Notes under the pieces: model-generated
Databases searched by the model: none
What the model was told of the DNA's origin: nothing
What the model saw: only the letters and a program-made list of their open reading frames with translations
Shown here: in pieces, positions 59,800 to 64,000 of the stretch
How positions within the stretch are numbered: the stretch's first letter is position 1
Layout: each line of letters opens with the position of its first letter
Translations under genes and position numbers: made by a program
Assembly: GCF_009914755.1 (NCBI RefSeq)
Contig: NC_060931.1
Strand: one strand, 5' to 3'
Length of the DNA: 64,000 nt
From: the human T2T-CHM13v2.0 reference genome, Homo sapiens

Positions 59800-60620
59800 C
59801 ACCTACTTCCAGCATTTCCTCTTTACATTTCCCTATCATGTGTCTAGGTCTGGATTATTTTTATTTATCTACTCAGCATCCAATGGAGCTTTTGATATAT
59901 TGCATCATTTTTGGAAAAGATGTAACCATTTTCTGTTTGACGAATTCTCCTCCACAATTCTCTCTATTCTCTCCTTCTGGAATGCATATTATGTGTATGA
60001 ATCAGACTTTTCTTATTACATCCTTCATGTTTCTTAACTTGTTTGTTTATCATCTTGTCATTCTCTTTTTTTTCTCCTCTTTTCTGTCTCAGGCTATGTC
60101 TAGTTTTGTTGTTGCTGTTGTTAATACTTCTCTCTTCAGTTATGTCTAATATGTTAACAGAGTACTTCACATAGGGGCTGTAGCTTAGAATCACCTGGCA
60201 GATTAACAAAATATCAATGCCTGGTCCCACCCCTAGAATTTCTGGTTTAATCGGTGTGGGTCAGGAGATGGACATCAATAACTATGATGCGTAACCAAGG
60301 TTAAAAACCATTGATTACAACTTTTTTTTTTAGAATTTTTTCTCAGTGACTGTATTTTTTTCAGCGTTTCTACTGGAAAAAAAAGTCCACTGACTCTTCT
60401 TTCATAAACTCTGTTTTTATTTTTATCATGCTATTTCTTCCATAGGACATTTCAAACAGGTATATTTAGATCTCTTTTAGATTGCTCCATTATTTCTAAC
60501 TCCTAAAATGTAAATTCCCTCATTAGTTGAGTCTGTAGACTGTTATGATGTTGAACTTCTTCAAAAGCTTTATAATTTTTGACTATGAATTCATCTTGCA
60601 TCTTGTGCCTTGGGTTATAA
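59800..60620 (-). mobile_element. Ancient L1M ORF1-region fragment with a MER5-type insertion (about 60175-60315)
   Basis: CTATCATGTGTCTAGGTCTGGATT...TTCTCTCTATTCTCTCCTTCTGGAA...ATT antisense L1M pattern; TAGAATCACCTGG...CCCACCCCTAGAATTTCTGGTTTAAT is MER5-like. Confidence 0.55.
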
Positions 60621-60986
60621 GGACCTCCTAATGGATTGTTTTCACACTTGCCTGTGCCTGGTCCTGTGGATTTCATCGGCTCCCAGTGATGTTTTATGTA
60701 AGTGCATCTTCTTAAGGTTTATACTACACACACAGCTCCGACTCAGGGTCTGTATCTAGCCACACATAGGCTTGGTGTTCTGAGCTCAAGCAAGTAACAT
60801 GTTTCACAGCCATTACCTGGGGCAGAAGGCTAATTTCCAATCTGGAGGGTAAGGATATCTGGATTTTTATTTGTGAACTCACAATATATTCCCCAGTTCA
60901 CGTGGGGAGCCCAATTCTGGCTCCTCAGCTGGCATTTGTCATTGGGCATCCCCATGTCCAATTCTTGGGCCTGTCACATACCCCTA

Positions 60987-60988
<2 letters not shown>

Positions 60989-61034
<46 letters not shown>
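60989..61034 (+). repeat. (GT)n microsatellite
   Basis: About 23 perfect GT units. Confidence 0.95.
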
Positions 61035-61037
<3 letters not shown>

Positions 61038-61634
61038 ATTAATATTTCTTTTTTGAGCACTTACTTACATTCTGCACCACTCACCTTGGCAACACATCTT
61101 TTGCTTCTTTGTACTATATAGATTTCCCCTTCATTTTTCTTACTTGGAAATATCCCTTTGGTACTCTTAAGCTAGCACATGTATTTTCTCAATAAAATTT
61201 TATTATAGATAGCTTCAGATTTACAAAAATTGCAAAGATAATGCAGAGTTCTATATACCCTATGCCCATTTTCCCCTCTTGTAAATATTTTATGTTAGTA
61301 TGCTACATTTGTTACATCTAATGAATTAATATTGACATGTCATTATTAGCTAAAATCCATATTTTATTCTGATTTTCTTAGTTTTTACCCATGCTCTTTT
61401 TCTGTACCGGGACATTTAGTCATCATGTCTCCTTAGGCTTCTCTTGGCTGTGATGCTTTTCTGGGCTTTTCTTAATGCTACCTCTATCTCCCTGGTCTTC
61501 TTTCCAAAAACTCATGACCTCAGTTTAATTACGAGAAAAATATCAGGCATCATGTCAAATATAGTCATGTCTCCTTAGGCTTCTCTTGGCTGTGATGCTT
61601 TTCTGGGCTTTCTTATTTTTGATGACCTTAACAG

Positions 61635-61815
61635 GTTTTTAATTTTAAAAAACTTAAAAAAAATTTTTTTTGAGACAAAGTCTTGCTCTGTTACCCAAGC
61701 TGGAGTGCAATGGCATGATGACGGCTCACTGCAATCTTGAACTCCTAGGCTCAATGATCGTCCCACCTCAGCCTCCCAAGTAGCTGGGACTACAGTTGTG
61801 CTGCCATGCCCAGCT
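61635..61815 (-). mobile_element. FRAM / AluJ right-monomer element
   Basis: PolyT, GAGACAAAGTCTTGCTCTGTT...GTAGCTGGGACTACAG; TSD ACCTTAACAG (61625-61634, 61816-61825). Confidence 0.85.
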
Positions 61816-63033
61816 ACCTTAACAGTTTTGAGGACTATTAGTCAGATATTTTTATAAAATGTCTTTCAGCTGGGAATTTGCGTGATATTTTTCTCATAAT
61901 TAAACTGAGGTCATGAGTTTTTGGAAAGAAGACCAGAGAGATAGAGGTAGCATGTCTCATAAGGGGATATGGAAAGTAAGAAATATCCTGGGGCTTACTT
62001 GAGAAGAAAGCCACTAAGTGCAGCTCACACTTAAGGAATGGAGAACTGTGCTCCATCTCCTTGAGGGAAAGAATCTACATAAATTATTTGGAATTTTTCT
62101 GCACAGAAAATTTTGTCTGTTCTTCCCTGTTTATTGATTTCTTAATTCAATCATATCAGTATAGACTCATGGATATTTATTTTATACTTTAGATTATCAT
62201 TGAATACTCTCATTGCTTATTTTATTGTTAAAACACTACAATTTTGGCTATTGGGAGCACTTTCAATTGGCTCCTGTGTCTCTTTGACATACCCCCATCA
62301 TTGTGTGCATATACTTTTTTGTTGTTGGTTTTGAGCGCTTACTTACATTCTGCAACACAAGATGCTTCAGACTCGTGTTGCATATTCTCTTAGTCCTAGA
62401 ATCAACCATTTCCCCAAATGTAGATTGTTCCTATTATTGGATAATAGTAGTAGAAATGAAGATCTGGGGCACTAGATGTGCATGTTGCTAATGGAGTTTG
62501 TTGCCTCTAAGCCATTTTAGCTTACAGAAAATGTGTGTATATTAATCCATTAATGTACATGTACCTACCTATAACTACTTCTATATTTAATGTATCTCTA
62601 TGTTACACTAACGTAAGTTCATACTGAATGCCTCCAACTCCAATCCATTGCTATGTGGATCATTCTAGCATCCTATTACATGTCTGTACCTGCTACCTGG
62701 ATCCTACCGTCCACCATGAATTTACTTAATTGTATAGTTTCAGTAAACATGTATAGTGTAGTTTTAGAATTGTTAATCCATATCCCCATGGAAAATAACT
62801 TTATCAACTATAGTACAGAGCTTATGTGCAATTTCTTTGCCTTCAGTCTTACAATCTCTACTCATTTCCAAAGTTACTAAGGTCAGCACATTTTCTCCCA
62901 TCTTCTTCAATGATATTATTTTATATACTCACAGGTAGCACAGTTAGATTCTTATGTCGCAGTTTGCATCCCAGACCTGGAATCCTAGACCTTCTAAATG
63001 ACTTTTTAAAAATTGTATACATTAAGGTTCACT

Positions 63034-63231
63034 GTTTTCTCTTTTCGTTTGCTTTAAAAATTATTTTAAAATGCCAAATAAAAGCTATATATACTGTGGT
63101 ACACAACATGATGTTTTGATACATGTATACATTATTAAATGGCTACAACAAACTAATTAGCATATGCATTCTCTCACATGCTTATCTTTTTTGTAGTGAG
63201 AACACTTAAAGTCCACTCTTTTCACAATTTC
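63034..63231 (-). mobile_element. Short 5'-truncated L1MA insertion within the L1MC
   Basis: CACAACATGATGTTTTGATACATGTATACATT...GTGAGAACACTTAAA; TSD AAGGTTCACT/AAGGTTTACT. Confidence 0.75.
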
Positions 63232-64000
63232 AAGGTTTACTCCTTGTGCTGTAAAGTTCTATAGGATTTGAAAAATTCATAGATCCATGTATCCACCATT
63301 ATAGTGCCATACAAAATAGTTTTAGCATCCTAAAAAGTCCTCTGTGCCTCACCTACTCAACATTTTCCCTTCCCCAAGCTGCAGGCAATCACTGCTCTGT
63401 TTACTATTTCTATAATTTCCCAGAATGTCACATAAAAGGAATCATGCAGTCTACAGCCTTCTTTGACAGGCTTATTGCACTTAGTAATATGTGTTCAAGA
63501 TTCATCCTTAGTTTTGTGTAGCTTGATAGCTAATTCCTTGCTATCACAGAATGGTGATCCATTGCATAGATGTACCACAGTTTGTTTTCCATTCACCTAT
63601 TGAAGGGCATCTTTGTTCCTTCCAGTTTTTGGCAATTATAAATAAAACTGCTGTAGCTATTTGTGTTTGGGTTTTTGTGTGTATGCATACTTTTGAAATG
63701 TACATAGACATATATTTGCTTTTATAGCATTTGTATGAGTTGGTAAAATTTTATCCTGTGTTCAACATCGCATTTCGATTCAGAAGCCCCTGAGAATTAG
63801 CCCAACAAACAGATCTTGAAAGCTTAAAAGGCTTTCATAGGCTTTAATTAACTGAACCTACAATGACAGAGAGTAAACTTTTTACATATGGAAAGTCACA
63901 CTTAGGGATTGAAGTTGCCATGTTGTCACCCATGTTAGCACAGTCATGTTGAGCAACACATCTGTATGCTGACAAGGCAGCTCTGTGGTAGGAGAATAAT

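Larger units (their letters stand above)
61190..63700 (-). mobile_element. L1MC-type 3' region, with Alu monomer and L1MA insertions and a local rearrangement
   Basis: AGATTTACAAAAATTGCAAAGATAATGCAGAGTTC...; CATGTCTCCTTAGGCTTCTCTTGGCTGTGA; CCAGAATGTCAC...GGAATCATGCAG; CCATTCACCTATTGAAGG. Confidence 0.75.

Overview
This is primate genomic DNA (catarrhine, most likely human), judged from AluY/AluS/AluJ, L1PA/L1PB, MaLR, ERVL and MER repeats. I found no protein-coding exon, RNA gene or CRISPR-like array that I can support, so the window looks intergenic or deep intronic. I cannot name the locus. The only ORFs with real homology are broken LINE-1 ORF1/ORF2 fragments at 1-11.9 kb, where a near-full-length L1PB-type element abuts the 3' UTR of a near-full-length L1PA15/16-type element (both minus strand). 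The rest is unique sequence interspersed with old repeats, plus a small orphan CpG island at about 57.7-58.2 kb. I did not find a new biological system. The most notable signals are DNA-repair or replication scars and regulatory candidates: (1) a ~320-bp, ~89%-identical dispersed direct duplication (18.9 kb and 22.2 kb) with a hairpin at one junction; (2) a duplication-inversion template-switch scar at 61.4-61.95 kb; (3) a four-level TE nest ending in an AluYd-like element with the 12-bp deletion; (4) an LTR18-type solo LTR with intact AP-1 and PAR/C-EBP bZIP sites; (5) the orphan CpG island. Repeat subfamily names come from my recall of consensus sequences, not from a RepeatMasker run. Boundaries of old repeats are approximate.
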